DNA of 64,000 nucleotides from Rhodospirillales bacterium (GCA_038143065.1 JAYQLI010000035.1:1568894-1632893), one strand, 5' to 3'. Shown: positions 31,276-42,380, counted from the first letter of the stretch. The notes: generated by a model from the sequence alone, not told the origin. Translations and numbers: made by a program.

Positions 31276-32073
31276 GTGCTGATAGGTCAAATTAGTGATA
31301 GTCACATACTTCCATTCGGCGAAAAATCTCATGGCATAATTGACCCAGCTCAACGTCTCTTGGCTGCGGTTAAAGCTATGAATGCAGCCAGTCCAGATTT
31401 GGTTCTCCACACCGGCGACATAGCACACCACGGAACGCCAGAAGCCTACCGTGTTGCAAGAGAAATTTTAGCACAACTAAAGGCACCACTCTTCGCAATA
31501 CCAGGCAATCATGACGACCGCGCAAAAATGAGGGCCGCATTTTCAGATCAAAAGTGGATGCCCAGCAAGGATCAAGCGACAACCTTTATTCAATACACAA
31601 TCGATACCGGCCCGCTCAACATCATAATGCTAGATAGTTTAGTGCCTGGAGAAGTCAGTGGTGCACTATGCAAAAGCCGATTGGAATTTTTGCATACCCA
31701 ACTCAGCCGGGATAGACGACCCACAATCATTGCACTTCACCATCCCCCCATGGCTCCGGGCCTCGATGGGTTTGCAAAAGTTGGCCTTCAGGGTGCAGAC
31801 CAACTCGCTAATATATTAGAGAAGCAAGGCCAAGTAATTCGTATTTTAGCTGGTCATAACCATCGCAGTGTAGTTGGAGTTTGTGGGGGCGTTGCCACAA
31901 TTGTTGCTCCGTCCTGTGCCTTTCCATTTGCATTTAGTGCAAAGAAAGACGCAGCCCTCTCTATGGCATTTGAGCCTCCAGGAGCTGCTCTACATCTGTG
32001 GGATGAAAATTCGGGTCTTGTTTCACACATGATTTCAATTGGGGACTGGCCAGAGCCAAAAGCTCTGAGGTGA
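31276..32073 (+). CDS. Metallophosphoesterase, GpdQ/CpdA-like phosphodiesterase
   Basis: ISDSH, TGD, PGNHD, HHPP, AGHNH motifs. Confidence 0.88.
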   Translation: MLIGQISDSHILPFGEKSHGIIDPAQRLLAAVKAMNAASPDLVLHTGDIAHHGTPEAYRVAREILAQLKAPLFAIPGNHDDRAKMRAAFSDQKWMPSKDQATTFIQYTIDTGPLNIIMLDSLVPGEVSGALCKSRLEFLHTQLSRDRRPTIIALHHPPMAPGLDGFAKVGLQGADQLANILEKQGQVIRILAGHNHRSVVGVCGGVATIVAPSCAFPFAFSAKKDAALSMAFEPPGAALHLWDENSGLVSHMISIGDWPEPKALR

Positions 32074-32084
32074 ACGCATCGTTC

Positions 32085-32870
32085 TTAGTCGTTAAAGTCG
32101 ACCATAACAGGTGCATGGTCAGAAGGCTTTTCCCAACCACGGGCTTCCTTAATTACCGAAGCCGCTGACAATGTATCAATCGCAGCACCTAAACCCCAAA
32201 TATGATCGAGCCGGCGTCCTCGGTTAGCATGCAACCAATCTTTAGAACGGTAGCGCCACCAGGAGAATAAAGGCGTGGCTTCAGAGATTTTAAGCCTTAC
32301 CAAATCCGTCCACCGCCCCAAAGTTTGAGCTTTCTGCAGGGCATCAACCTCGATTGGAGTATGGCTGACAACCTTTAACAAGGCCTTATGAGACCATACG
32401 TCATTCGGTAAGGGCGCTACATTAAGATCGCCTACCAGAACAGCATCCGCATGTGTTTGGCTTTGTCCCCAAATTGCCATTTCATCAAGAAAATCTAACT
32501 TATGCTGGAATTTACTGTTCACTTCGGCGTCAGGCTCATCTCCGCCAGCAGGTACATAAAAATTGTGAACTGAAAGTCCGCTGTTAAGCTTTACACCGAT
32601 ATATCGGCCATCCTGCTTACCGCACCAATCTCGACCTTCCATGCGTTCCATCGGGATGCGGGATAGAGTAGCAACACCATGGTAACCTGGGATTCCCTCC
32701 ATCTCGATATATGGAAAGCCAATATTGCGTATTGCCTCAAAGGGAAACTTAGTCTTGTCCGCCTTTATCTCTTGCAGGCAGACAACGTCCACGCCCGTTT
32801 CCGAAACCAGCCTTGAAAGGCCATCAAGGCGCAAGCGAACCGAATTTACATTCCAAGTAATCAGACGCAT
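32085..32870 (-). CDS. xth: Exodeoxyribonuclease III
   Basis: TWNVNS, CLQEIK, GDLNVAP, RLDHIW, SDHAPV. Confidence 0.95.
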   Translation of the reverse strand: MRLITWNVNSVRLRLDGLSRLVSETGVDVVCLQEIKADKTKFPFEAIRNIGFPYIEMEGIPGYHGVATLSRIPMERMEGRDWCGKQDGRYIGVKLNSGLSVHNFYVPAGGDEPDAEVNSKFQHKLDFLDEMAIWGQSQTHADAVLVGDLNVAPLPNDVWSHKALLKVVSHTPIEVDALQKAQTLGRWTDLVRLKISEATPLFSWWRYRSKDWLHANRGRRLDHIWGLGAAIDTLSAASVIKEARGWEKPSDHAPVMVDFND

Positions 32871-33032
32871 ATCACAGTCCCTTTAAAGACAAACCAATTC
32901 TCTGCATGAAACAAACACTCAGTGCTTTTTACGGACCTACAACATAAAAATTTTAGCCCATCACCAAATCAATGCTTGGCCATTTTCCTAATTGGAATAC
33001 CAATTGCTTCAGAAATTACAGGTGTCCTAAAT

Positions 33033-33974
33033 TCAAGAACTCACAATCGACTCATGTATGCGTTTGATTACTGCTTCAGGATTTTCGAACGGCATCATGT
33101 GGCTAGTGCCATTAATCCTATCAAGCCTTCCTTTTGGCGCTTGCTTCGCGGCGACCCCTTGGGCCATGGTAGCCCAACTTGGAGCAGGACCTTGGGTTGA
33201 GGGGTCACTCTCAACAAAAACGATTGGCCGATTAAATCGCTTTAGTGCCGCAAAAGTTGAGGTATCCATAGTCAGCCGGTAACCAGCCGCCTCCGCCTCT
33301 GCGGGACATCTCAGCTTAAACCCGTCACTATCATCCATTGGCTCGAGGGTTGAATTTACAAATGCTTTGAGCATTTCACGTCGCCAATTGCAGAAACCAG
33401 GTCGTTCTGAAAGCATTTCTGCAAACTTTTCTGGAGACGGCAAAACCTGTTTTCGTTTTGTTGCCCTTACTGAAAGGAGATGGCCGACGGACACCGCTTC
33501 GTCATGCAGCGTAAAGTCTGGTGTTGGAACCAAAGGCGGTTCAAACAAGGTCATGGACCTAAAGGGAGAAAGACCAAAAATTGCACCCATTCTTAGTCCA
33601 GCAAGTCCTGACATAGAATGTGCAGCGAAGTGCAGTGGCTGCAATGGAGAATGCTCTCGCACGGACTTGATTACTGAAATCATATCAATAGCAAGACGAT
33701 CTGCAGTGATCATCCGATCGTAATTACCGCCCGGGTCAGCGGATCCACCATGAGCACGAAGATCAGCTGCAAAAATATCAAAATCCCGCGCTAACTCGTT
33801 GAGCATAGGGCTATAAGCTCCAGCCGAAAAACCGTTAGCATGCCCCCAAAACAGACCAGGTCGCCGACCCGTATTACTACGCCAACCGTAGGCCCTAAGT
33901 GATATATTGTCAGCGCCAGAAACAATCCAATTTCTTGCAAACGAGGTGTCGACGGAGGCAGTGCGGTTTTTCAT
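33033..33974 (-). CDS. Alpha/beta-hydrolase fold protein
   Basis: HANGF, DLRAHGGS, nucleophile elbow AHSMSG, HMMPFENP. Confidence 0.8.
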   Translation of the reverse strand: MKNRTASVDTSFARNWIVSGADNISLRAYGWRSNTGRRPGLFWGHANGFSAGAYSPMLNELARDFDIFAADLRAHGGSADPGGNYDRMITADRLAIDMISVIKSVREHSPLQPLHFAAHSMSGLAGLRMGAIFGLSPFRSMTLFEPPLVPTPDFTLHDEAVSVGHLLSVRATKRKQVLPSPEKFAEMLSERPGFCNWRREMLKAFVNSTLEPMDDSDGFKLRCPAEAEAAGYRLTMDTSTFAALKRFNRPIVFVESDPSTQGPAPSWATMAQGVAAKQAPKGRLDRINGTSHMMPFENPEAVIKRIHESIVSS

Positions 33975-33986
33975 TTCTAACAAAAA

Positions 33987-34763
33987 CTATTCTGCCGCTG
34001 CGAGCGATTTGCCGGCAGCATAATTCTTTACTGCAGCTCCAAAGGCCTCAAATAATTTCCGAGAGGGCAGATCTTCTCTGAAGGTTGCTTCAGGATGCCA
34101 TTGAACACCCAACACCCAACCTGGGGCTTGAGGCATTGATATACCTTCAATAACCCCATCTTCAGACATTGCTTCAACCATCATTCCAGGGGCTGGTTCG
34201 TTGACTGCCTGAGCATGCAGAGAATTTACAATCACCTCCTCTGCGCCAAGTATGGCACGCAACCTACCTTCTTCTGCAAGTGTTACTGAGTGGGCTAAAC
34301 CTGCTGTCTGACCAGGAGGCAAAGCTTTATTAGAACGATGGTCGCGCTTCCCTGGCAAAAGGTGCACATACTGATGCAACGTGCCACCCATAGCTACATT
34401 GAGCTCCTGAATACCCCGGCATACTGCAAAAACAGGAATACCTCTCTCAATTGCCCCACGTATCATAGGAAGCGTTGTATTATCTCTATCTAAGTCTATG
34501 ACTGTTTCGGGTGACGCTACGATGTCTCCATAGAAATCTGGATGCACATTCGAGGGACTGCCCGTTAATAGAAGGCCTGAAATATGATCTAAAAGCGGAG
34601 TAGGATCAGCCTTACGCCCCACTGCTGGCATGACAATAGGCAGAACCCCTGACACCTCTACAAGTCCCTCAACATGCCGGTGACTTGCCGTATGCATCTT
34701 GAAAGTATTCACTTCCTTGAGACACGCTGAAACAGCTACAAGCGGGGTATTATTATGACCCAT
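33987..34763 (-). CDS. puuD: Gamma-glutamyl-gamma-aminobutyrate hydrolase family (peptidase C26)
   Basis: LLTGSPSNVHP, AVCRGIQELNVAMGG, VNSLHAQ, GVQWHPE. Confidence 0.85.
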   Translation of the reverse strand: MGHNNTPLVAVSACLKEVNTFKMHTASHRHVEGLVEVSGVLPIVMPAVGRKADPTPLLDHISGLLLTGSPSNVHPDFYGDIVASPETVIDLDRDNTTLPMIRGAIERGIPVFAVCRGIQELNVAMGGTLHQYVHLLPGKRDHRSNKALPPGQTAGLAHSVTLAEEGRLRAILGAEEVIVNSLHAQAVNEPAPGMMVEAMSEDGVIEGISMPQAPGWVLGVQWHPEATFREDLPSRKLFEAFGAAVKNYAAGKSLAAAE

Positions 34764-34847
34764 AGATTCTTCTCAATGGCCCAGAAATTTATTAGAACCC
34801 TACTTCTAGCCTAAACTTGAATTTAAACCAATTGAGAGTTCCCGACA

Positions 34848-35516
34848 TTAGTTCAGACGCGGAGGCTCATCGTCATTAGCTGCTTCGGGACGAGATGACA
34901 GCTCTAGTAAGGCTTGCAGCATCTTCGCCCTATCCAAAATTGTTTGGCTTTCTAGCAAAGCTTGTTTCTCAGCTGGGAAAAACGGACATGCCATCGCAAG
35001 AGCATTAACCAAAGGTTCATCTTTCAAACGAGAAATGGCTTGCTCATCAGTACTTAAACCTCGTCCCCCAAGATACTCAAAGAATGCAGCTAACAGCGTA
35101 TCTCGCTTGATATCTGTTGCTACGTCCTGAGTGCTAAGATCAGACAGAAACTCAGAATAATCTGGTCTTACAATTCTATACCCGTGTTTTAATGGAAGCT
35201 CTTCAGCAACTCTAAATCGAGTTACACCCTCTAACGTTAGTTGCCAGCGACCATCCTCAAGCCTCTCTTCATTAACAATCCGGCCCAGACATGCCACAGG
35301 ATAAATTTCAGGATTAACCTCGGAACTTGAAGGGTCGCGCGGTTGCACCATTGCGATCATACCATCGCCTGCCAGTGCATCTTCTGTCATGGATCGGTAG
35401 CGCGGCTCAAATATATGCAGGGGCAAGTGTGCTCGCGGTAGCAGTAAAACGCCGGCGAGAGGAAACACGGGCACGTTGGATGGTAAACCCGCTGAAGGGT
35501 TGCTTGTAACCATCAT
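34848..35516 (-). CDS. LON peptidase substrate-binding domain protein
   Basis: PVFPL..VLLLP..LPLHIFEPRY, EKQALLE; follows ybbN. Confidence 0.9.
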   Translation of the reverse strand: MMVTSNPSAGLPSNVPVFPLAGVLLLPRAHLPLHIFEPRYRSMTEDALAGDGMIAMVQPRDPSSSEVNPEIYPVACLGRIVNEERLEDGRWQLTLEGVTRFRVAEELPLKHGYRIVRPDYSEFLSDLSTQDVATDIKRDTLLAAFFEYLGGRGLSTDEQAISRLKDEPLVNALAMACPFFPAEKQALLESQTILDRAKMLQALLELSSRPEAANDDEPPRLN

Positions 35517-35524
35517 TTCACCTT

Positions 35525-36445
35525 CTAAGAAAACAGTATTGAAGATAGACGACGTCGAGCCGCCAGAGTCTGTTCATCCATAGGACCCCAAGCCTCAAAG
35601 AACTTTACAAGCTGCTTGCGGGCAGCCTCTTCATTCCAGGAGCGGTCTGCAGCAACAATTTCGAGCATTGCGTTTGCTGCTTCCTCCGCCATTTCTGCTG
35701 CAAAGTATGCCATGCCAAGATCGAAACGTACTTGATGATTTTTCGGATCGGCATCTACCTGTTGACGCAATTCTTCGACTTCTGCCATGTCAGACCCAAC
35801 TGTCTGCCCCGCCAAATCAACGGCGGACACAGCGCTAGCAACAAAAGGATCGCTTCTGTCTTTTTCTGGGATCCGTCCAATAAAATCTTTCGCATTTTCC
35901 AGATCATCTTCAGCTAAAGCTGCTCGAGCGAGACCTGCGAGCGCAACAGAGTTCTCAGGTTCATGCTGCAATACCTGGGCAAAGATATTCGCTGCAGTTG
36001 GCCAATCGCCCGCTTCGCCTGCATCTTTGGCTTGATCTATTGCTTCTTCGATTGGGCTCTTTACCTCCCCGCCCACCAAACGCTCTACAAAACTTCTGAC
36101 CTGGCTTTCAGGAACAGCCCCCTGGAAACCATCCACTGGACGGCCCTGCTTAAAGCCATAAACCATCGGAATAGACTGAATTCGCAGTTGCTGAGCAATC
36201 TGCTGATTTTCGTCAATATTCACCTTCACCATGCGAACCTTGCCTTGGGCCGCATGAACGACCTTCTCCAAGACTGGTGTTAATTGTTTGCAAGGTCCGC
36301 ACCAAGGTGCCCAAAAATCAACTATTACAGGCGTTTCATTGGAGGCCTCAATCACATCTGCCATGAAGTTAGCCATGTCAGTATCTTTAATCAGCGCCGA
36401 GCCGTCTGGCGGTGTCATTCCGCCCGCATTACCTAGGTTTTCCAT
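35525..36445 (-). CDS. cnoX: Thioredoxin-TPR co-chaperone CnoX/YbbN
   Basis: DFWAPWCGPCKQL plus TPR C-terminus ending RRRLSSILFS. Confidence 0.92.
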   Translation of the reverse strand: MENLGNAGGMTPPDGSALIKDTDMANFMADVIEASNETPVIVDFWAPWCGPCKQLTPVLEKVVHAAQGKVRMVKVNIDENQQIAQQLRIQSIPMVYGFKQGRPVDGFQGAVPESQVRSFVERLVGGEVKSPIEEAIDQAKDAGEAGDWPTAANIFAQVLQHEPENSVALAGLARAALAEDDLENAKDFIGRIPEKDRSDPFVASAVSAVDLAGQTVGSDMAEVEELRQQVDADPKNHQVRFDLGMAYFAAEMAEEAANAMLEIVAADRSWNEEAARKQLVKFFEAWGPMDEQTLAARRRLSSILFS

Positions 36446-36814
36446 GATGAACGCTGTCCTGTCTAAAATCTTTTTTCTAGGTCTAGTGCACACACTTAAG
36501 CATTAGCCACAGATATTACAAAATTTGAGGGATAGTTACTTGATCCTAGCCTCTATCAAAATGAGGCGTTTTGCGCAATTTTCAACACATTTAAGACTTT
36601 TGCAGCGCTAATAAAATTTTTCTTTAACCAGCACCGGCTGCGGAAAAACACATTCGACAGCTCGCACTAAGGACAAATTTTGCGTGCACTTAAGGAATCA
36701 AAAACCTAAACCTCACAGCCTTTAAAAATCACCAATTAAAATCACTTCTTAAATGGCCGCTTCCCAAACCCTGCTGATCAAACTAAAACATAATCAGATC
36801 TGGGGGCTGAGGCG

Positions 36815-37227
36815 ATGGCAAAACTTACGCAGTTGGAAAGGCTCTGCGAAAAAAGGGCCTCAAAATGACCGATCAGCGTCGGATCATAGCTCGTGTTATA
36901 TCCAACGCCGAAGATCATCCAGACGTAGAGACTGTCTACAGACGTGCGACGGAAATAGACCCCCGTATTTCTATAGCCACCGTATATCGCTCACTTAAGC
37001 TATTCGAAGACGCAAATATTTTAGTCCGTCACGACTTTGGTGAAGGCAGAGCTAGGTACGAAGAGACCGGCGAACATCATGAACATCTTATTGATATTGA
37101 AAGCGGCGAGGTTATCGAATTCGTCGATGCAGAGCTGGAAGCCTTGAAAGAGCGAGTAGCAGCAAGGCTAGGCTATGATCTAATTGACCATCGTCTTGAA
37201 TTATATGGCCGGAAACGCAGAGGTTGA
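36815..37227 (+). CDS. fur: Fur-family transcriptional regulator (frameshift at A6 36849-36854)
   Basis: MAKLTQLERLCEK(K)GLKMTDQRR after restoring one A; DHPDVE, SIATVYR, HHEHLID, HRLELYG. Confidence 0.9.
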
Positions 37228-37233
37228 TTTTAG

Positions 37234-38871
37234 CTAGGACGAAGAAGTGTAGCCTGCGCGCTGATCGGCCAATTTCAATTCAGGATCACGTCTAGCAGGA
37301 TCTCCCCAACCTCCGCCTCCGGAAGTGTCCAGCCGAACCATATCACCACGCTTTAGTTGTACACCTGAAATTTTTGATGGAAGAAGTTCGGATTTGCCGT
37401 CCCTGGTCAAAATAAATCTTCCAGGAGTTCCTGGTTTGCCGCCGTTGAGGCCATACGGGGGAAATCTAAAACGATCAAAATTTCCCGACAACACTCCCCA
37501 ATCGGCATCTAACCGCCACTCTCGTGCAAGACCTAACCCTCCTCTGTATTCGCCGTCACCGCCTGAATCTGGGATAAGACCATATTGAGTGAACGTTACT
37601 GGAAAAAGTGCTTCGCACATTTCTAAGGGTGAATTTGCCAAATTATGAAAACCCGCGGAGAAGCCACTTGCACCATCGGCTTCTGGATGACCACCCCAGC
37701 CTCCCACTTCGATCTCAAAATACACCCTCCTTTCACCAGAAGTATCAGGTGCGGACAAAGCTGCCACATAGGAAACGCCGTAATAAGCGGCGGGAATGGT
37801 GTTTGGAATAGCTTTAGCCAATGCCCCTAAGACCGTTGTCACAATCCTGTGGCCAGTTGCCATTCTATTGGCTACGGGAGCTGGAGGTTTTGCTGAAACG
37901 ATAGTCCCTTCTTCCGCAATTATGTCAATTGCACGATAAGCACCCGTGTTAGCCATGACTCTCCCACCGGCGGCCATGAGGAGAGCGCAATACACGCCTG
38001 ACTTAGCCATATTCAACGTGCAATTTACAGGGCCAGGCACTTGCGGACTGGAACCAGATAAGTCAACACGAGCTGTATCGCCGTCTATGATTACAGTGGC
38101 ATTAATTTTTATGCCTATTGCATCCTGACCATCATCATCAACGAAGTCTTCAAACGCATATGTTCCATTTGGCATATCGGAGATAGCTTCGCGCATTGCA
38201 AATTCTGATTGATCTAACACTGCGGCCATAGCAGCTTCCACTGTTGCTATTCCATATCGGTCGACCAGTCGAAGAATTGCACGTGCTCCGACATCAAGAG
38301 CCGCAAGCTGTGCGGCTACATCCCCCCCAATTTTCTCTGGCTCACGGCTATTACGACGAATTACATCAAGAATTGCGGAATTTGGACGACCTGCCTCGAC
38401 CAATTTTATTGGAGGCAAACGAAGACCTTCTTGAAAAACCTCCTGAGCACTTGCAAAATAACTACCCGGAGCACCTCCACCTATGTCCACGTGATGAACG
38501 ATTGTCGCTGAAATTGCGACTCGCTGACCGTCCTTGAAAATTGGTTTGTAAGCAACAAAATCTGGCAAATGTTGGCCACCAGCGTAAGGGTCATTAGTTA
38601 AAATAACGTCACCTTCCTGCCATTCAGACAGTGGTATCCAGTTAGAGACAATTTCTTCAAGGCAAACTGACATACTGTTGAGATGAACTGGGATGCGCGT
38701 TGATTGAGCTACAGCATTTCCCAAACCATCAAAGATCGCTGTTGAATAATCTAGAGTTTCGCGAACTACCGTTGATCGAGCCGTTCGCCAAATAGAGATA
38801 TTCATTTCCTCTGAAGCGGCTACCAGCGCGTTCCTGATTACTTCAAGACGAATTGGATCAATATCAACCAT
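37234..38871 (-). CDS. Hydantoinase B/5-oxoprolinase subunit
   Basis: RETLDYSTA, NDPYAGGQHLPD, HHVDIGG, QEGLRLPP, SGGDGEYRGG, GGGGWGDP. Confidence 0.9.
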   Translation of the reverse strand: MVDIDPIRLEVIRNALVAASEEMNISIWRTARSTVVRETLDYSTAIFDGLGNAVAQSTRIPVHLNSMSVCLEEIVSNWIPLSEWQEGDVILTNDPYAGGQHLPDFVAYKPIFKDGQRVAISATIVHHVDIGGGAPGSYFASAQEVFQEGLRLPPIKLVEAGRPNSAILDVIRRNSREPEKIGGDVAAQLAALDVGARAILRLVDRYGIATVEAAMAAVLDQSEFAMREAISDMPNGTYAFEDFVDDDGQDAIGIKINATVIIDGDTARVDLSGSSPQVPGPVNCTLNMAKSGVYCALLMAAGGRVMANTGAYRAIDIIAEEGTIVSAKPPAPVANRMATGHRIVTTVLGALAKAIPNTIPAAYYGVSYVAALSAPDTSGERRVYFEIEVGGWGGHPEADGASGFSAGFHNLANSPLEMCEALFPVTFTQYGLIPDSGGDGEYRGGLGLAREWRLDADWGVLSGNFDRFRFPPYGLNGGKPGTPGRFILTRDGKSELLPSKISGVQLKRGDMVRLDTSGGGGWGDPARRDPELKLADQRAGYTSSS

Positions 38872-40945
38872 GAGCGTATCTCTTTTCTGCGACAAGGTCT
38901 CCTCCGGACACCATCTCCGCTTCCCAACCAGAACCGATGATAAGTGTGGTAAAGGCTTCCTCAACAACGCATGGTCCACTCATGCGCGCACCCTCTCTTA
39001 AATGTTCACGAGAATAAATTGGTGCATTAACCCAAGCACCTTCAAACCAGATCCGGCGACTGCCACGCTCTGCCGATTGGCTTGTGGTATCAACGACTGG
39101 GTTAGATATACGTGGCGCCTGCATCTTTCCTATGGCGGCCAAGCGCAATGTTGCTATTTCTACGGTATCTCTTTCATCTGCATGGGCAAACCTGCGCAAA
39201 TGCTCTGAGTGGAATCTTTGCACTAAATCCGACACCGTTTCAGGTGTGATTGAAACATCACCCCATTTAATTACCAATTCATAGGCTTGGCCGAGATACC
39301 GCATGTCCGCGCTAAATTCGTAGACCCGGTCTTTCTCTAGCACCCCATCACGAATGAGAGCTGCCTCTGCCTCACTACGGAGGTCTAAAGCCATTTCAGT
39401 GAGAGCAGATAATGTCTCGTCTTGACCTCCATGATTAGCCTTAAGCCGCCTTGACCGAGCAAGATCATGACGGAGATCCGCACCTAAGATTCCACGAGCA
39501 GATAATGTTGAAGCATTTGAGGGAAAAATGATGCGATTGATGTTGAGGGCATCAGCTAACGCGCTGGCATGAAGTCCTCCAGCCCCTCCAAATGGAGCGA
39601 GAACAAAGTCGGATGGATCTGCGCCCTTTTCAAATAGTGAAAGCCGAATTGCATCAGCCATTCGGGCGTCTGCCACTTCAAGTATGCCAGCTGCCGCAGG
39701 CTCTGATGAAAGATTTAAAGGTTCGGCAACATGATCATTTATAGCTTTGAGTGCACCAGCATCATCTAGACGCATGGTGCCCCCAAGGAAGCTAGGGGCG
39801 TCAATTCGTGCCAGCGCTACATTTGCATCAGTAACCGCTGGTTGTATTCCACCACGACTGTAGCAAACAGGGCCAGGGTTTGCGCCTGCACTTTCTGGGC
39901 CTACTCGAAGACCGTCACCTTCCACACGAGCAATTGAACCACCTCCAGCTCCAATGGTTCGAATTTCAATCATTGGTAACCTAACTGGCAGCCCATCAAT
40001 ATTGCCTTCAGGGGTCTGGCCAATGGCGCCTTCAGCCACGACCGCAATGTCAGCACTTGTCCCACCCATATCAATACCGACAAGATTTGAAATCCCATGC
40101 CGCCCAGCTAGACTTGCCATGGCCATAGCTCCACCTGCAGGGCCTGAAAGCAAAAGCTTTGCAGGAAGACGAGCTGCCTCTGCTGGCCTTGCTACCCCGC
40201 CATTGGATTGCACTAAATATAAAGAAGCAGATACACCAATCGCTTCTAATCTGCCTTCAACCTGCTCCAGGTACTTAGAAACAACCGGCTTGAGTAAGGC
40301 ATTAAGTGCAGTTGTCGAGAAACGCTCAAATTCTCTAATTTCTGGGCTTACTTCATGAGAGGCAGAAACAGCTAAATTGGGAACAGACTGCGCTAGAATT
40401 TCTAGAGCCTCCTGCTCATGCGCAGGATTTGCATAAGAATTAAGGAAAGCTAAAGCAATGGCCTCAATGCCTTCCTGCTCCAATTTTTTCGCTAGAGCTT
40501 CAAGCGCTTTTTTATCAATTGGTGTTTCAACAGACCCATCGTAGCGAACGCGCTCAGCTACCCCAAAACGATACTCCCTTGGGATTAGGAGACTTCGAGA
40601 CTCTGCCTTGAGACTGTACAACTCTTGCCGCATGTGCCGTCCAATCTCTAGCACATCCTCAAATCCAGCCGTGGTAATCATCGCACCCTTTGGTAATTTG
40701 CGCTCCAGTACCGCATTAGTTGCTATCGTGGTGCCGTGTAAAAGCAAACCAATATCAGTTAGCTCAAAGTCACAGAGCGCAGCGACTTCCTGCAAGCCAA
40801 TCCCAAGGCCTCGCGAGGGATCGTCTGGCGTAGACGGTGTTTTATGAGCAAAAGACCCCCCAGATCGGCTGTCGTAAACTTCTATGTCGGTGAATGTACC
40901 GCCAATGTCGACAGCTATCCGAATGGGTCGAGGGCTTGATGACAT
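38864..40945 (-). CDS. Hydantoinase A/5-oxoprolinase ATP-dependent subunit
   Basis: DIGGTFTD, HGTTIATN, LSGPAGG, DMGGTSAD, GAGGGS, GPESAGANPGP. Confidence 0.92.
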   Translation of the reverse strand: MSSSPRPIRIAVDIGGTFTDIEVYDSRSGGSFAHKTPSTPDDPSRGLGIGLQEVAALCDFELTDIGLLLHGTTIATNAVLERKLPKGAMITTAGFEDVLEIGRHMRQELYSLKAESRSLLIPREYRFGVAERVRYDGSVETPIDKKALEALAKKLEQEGIEAIALAFLNSYANPAHEQEALEILAQSVPNLAVSASHEVSPEIREFERFSTTALNALLKPVVSKYLEQVEGRLEAIGVSASLYLVQSNGGVARPAEAARLPAKLLLSGPAGGAMAMASLAGRHGISNLVGIDMGGTSADIAVVAEGAIGQTPEGNIDGLPVRLPMIEIRTIGAGGGSIARVEGDGLRVGPESAGANPGPVCYSRGGIQPAVTDANVALARIDAPSFLGGTMRLDDAGALKAINDHVAEPLNLSSEPAAAGILEVADARMADAIRLSLFEKGADPSDFVLAPFGGAGGLHASALADALNINRIIFPSNASTLSARGILGADLRHDLARSRRLKANHGGQDETLSALTEMALDLRSEAEAALIRDGVLEKDRVYEFSADMRYLGQAYELVIKWGDVSITPETVSDLVQRFHSEHLRRFAHADERDTVEIATLRLAAIGKMQAPRISNPVVDTTSQSAERGSRRIWFEGAWVNAPIYSREHLREGARMSGPCVVEEAFTTLIIGSGWEAEMVSGGDLVAEKRYAHG

Positions 40946-40987
40946 GAACTTATATTCTTTCGGAATTAAAAATGCAGCGACAGTTTC

Positions 40988-42226
40988 TTAAACTGCTTTA
41001 GTTCCTGCAAGTGCTGCTGATTGTCCTGCCAATCCCATTGCATGCTTCATTAAAAGACGTTTCATCGGAGGTGCCTTATCGACGGCGGCAAGTCCAAGAG
41101 ACCGAACAAGCGTAAGTCCTGGAAGACTATTCGAGAAAAGTCTATTGAGACTATCGGTGGCCGTGACCAGACCAGCTGCATCCATAAAACGCGCCGCCTG
41201 GTATGCGGACAGAATATCAGGAGACGCAGGGTCTAAGCCAAGCTCTAATTGTTCGCCAACGCGCATTGCAAGTTCTGCTGAATCTCGGAGACCAAGGTTG
41301 AACCCTTGCCCAGCAATAGGATGGATAGCCCGAGCAGCATCGCCAACAAGAGCTAGTCTTGGTCCTATCATTTTCTCGGCTCTTACGAGTGCAAGTGGAA
41401 AAGATCCAATGGGACCAACAGAACAAACATGACCAAATTGGTCGCCGAAGCGTATTGCAAGCTCACGGTCAAAACTCTCACGTTCTAATTCCAAAAGCCG
41501 AGCCGCTTGCAGATTGCCTTCCGTCCAAACTACCGATGATTGATGTGGCCAAGGGGCATCGCTATCCTGATTGTCGGGCAATGGCAAAATTGCAAATGGA
41601 CCTGATGCCAGGAAACGTTCGTGTGCAGAGTTGCCGTGGGGAAATTGATGAGCGACAGTAGTTACGATGGATATTTGACCATAATTTGACCTGCGTTCTT
41701 TAATTCCAGCGCTCTGCCGCGTCGGAGAACCACGCCCATCCGCGCCTACCAAAAGACGCGCGTTGACAAGTCGACTATCAGAGAGCTCTGCCCGAACTGT
41801 ACCTGTGAGTTGTTCAGTAGAACTGATCGAAACCCCAGAGATAAGCTTTATTCGAGGGGTTGCTGACACAACCTCAAATTTTGCCTTCCACAAGGAAGAA
41901 TTTGGCACGACGCAACCTAAGGCTCCTTCATTTAACCAGTCGCCTGGATAATGGAGGTAAAAAGGGGAGTCGCGATCAATGATGCGAATTTCTTTGATTG
42001 CACCGCCAAGCCAATCAGGCTGCCAAACCCCCAATCGATCCAAAATCCGCATGGAGCCTTGAGCAATGGCCGTTGTGCGCCAATCTTTATTTGGGTCGGA
42101 AAGTTGTTCCTCTGACAGCGGATCGACGATAGTTACGGATGCCCCTCTCTCGGCAAGCAAAAGAGCCACTGCGAGACCATTAAGCCCGGCTCCAGCAACA
42201 AGAATGTCGGTGTTAAGATCAGCCAT
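40988..42226 (-). CDS. ubiH: UbiH/UbiL-family ubiquinone biosynthesis FAD hydroxylase
   Basis: GAGLNG, RTTAI, GADGRGS, ERFLASGPFAILP, GDAARAIHPIAGQGFNLGLRD. Confidence 0.88.
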   Translation of the reverse strand: MADLNTDILVAGAGLNGLAVALLLAERGASVTIVDPLSEEQLSDPNKDWRTTAIAQGSMRILDRLGVWQPDWLGGAIKEIRIIDRDSPFYLHYPGDWLNEGALGCVVPNSSLWKAKFEVVSATPRIKLISGVSISSTEQLTGTVRAELSDSRLVNARLLVGADGRGSPTRQSAGIKERRSNYGQISIVTTVAHQFPHGNSAHERFLASGPFAILPLPDNQDSDAPWPHQSSVVWTEGNLQAARLLELERESFDRELAIRFGDQFGHVCSVGPIGSFPLALVRAEKMIGPRLALVGDAARAIHPIAGQGFNLGLRDSAELAMRVGEQLELGLDPASPDILSAYQAARFMDAAGLVTATDSLNRLFSNSLPGLTLVRSLGLAAVDKAPPMKRLLMKHAMGLAGQSAALAGTKAV

Positions 42227-42279
42227 ACCTTACATCATAGACCAGTCATAAACTAAAACCATCCATCGCACTTGAACTA

Positions 42280-42357
42280 TGTCTAAAAATTAATCTGCCT
42301 ATTTTTTAAACATGTCTATTTTTTAATCATCTATAAGGTTTTGCCCAATGTAGAGCA
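42280..42357. promoter_or_regulatory. Cluster of NtrC-like enhancer boxes
   Basis: Tandem 16-17-bp boxes TGTCTAAAAATTAATCT, TGCCTATTTTTTAAACA, TGTCTATTTTTTAATCA and TGCCCAATGTAGAGCA upstream of a sigma54 promoter. Confidence 0.6.
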
Positions 42358-42380
42358 CTGACATTATTTGTTTTTTTATT

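Noticed and set aside
36446-36814. Long AT-rich intergenic region as an sRNA or small ORF
   Set aside because: No convincing stable structure or ORF; consistent with divergent promoters for cnoX and fur
36845-36860. Programmed -1 frameshift in fur at AAAAAAG
   Set aside because: The heptamer is out of phase (GAA AAA AGG); an A7-to-A6 error is simpler
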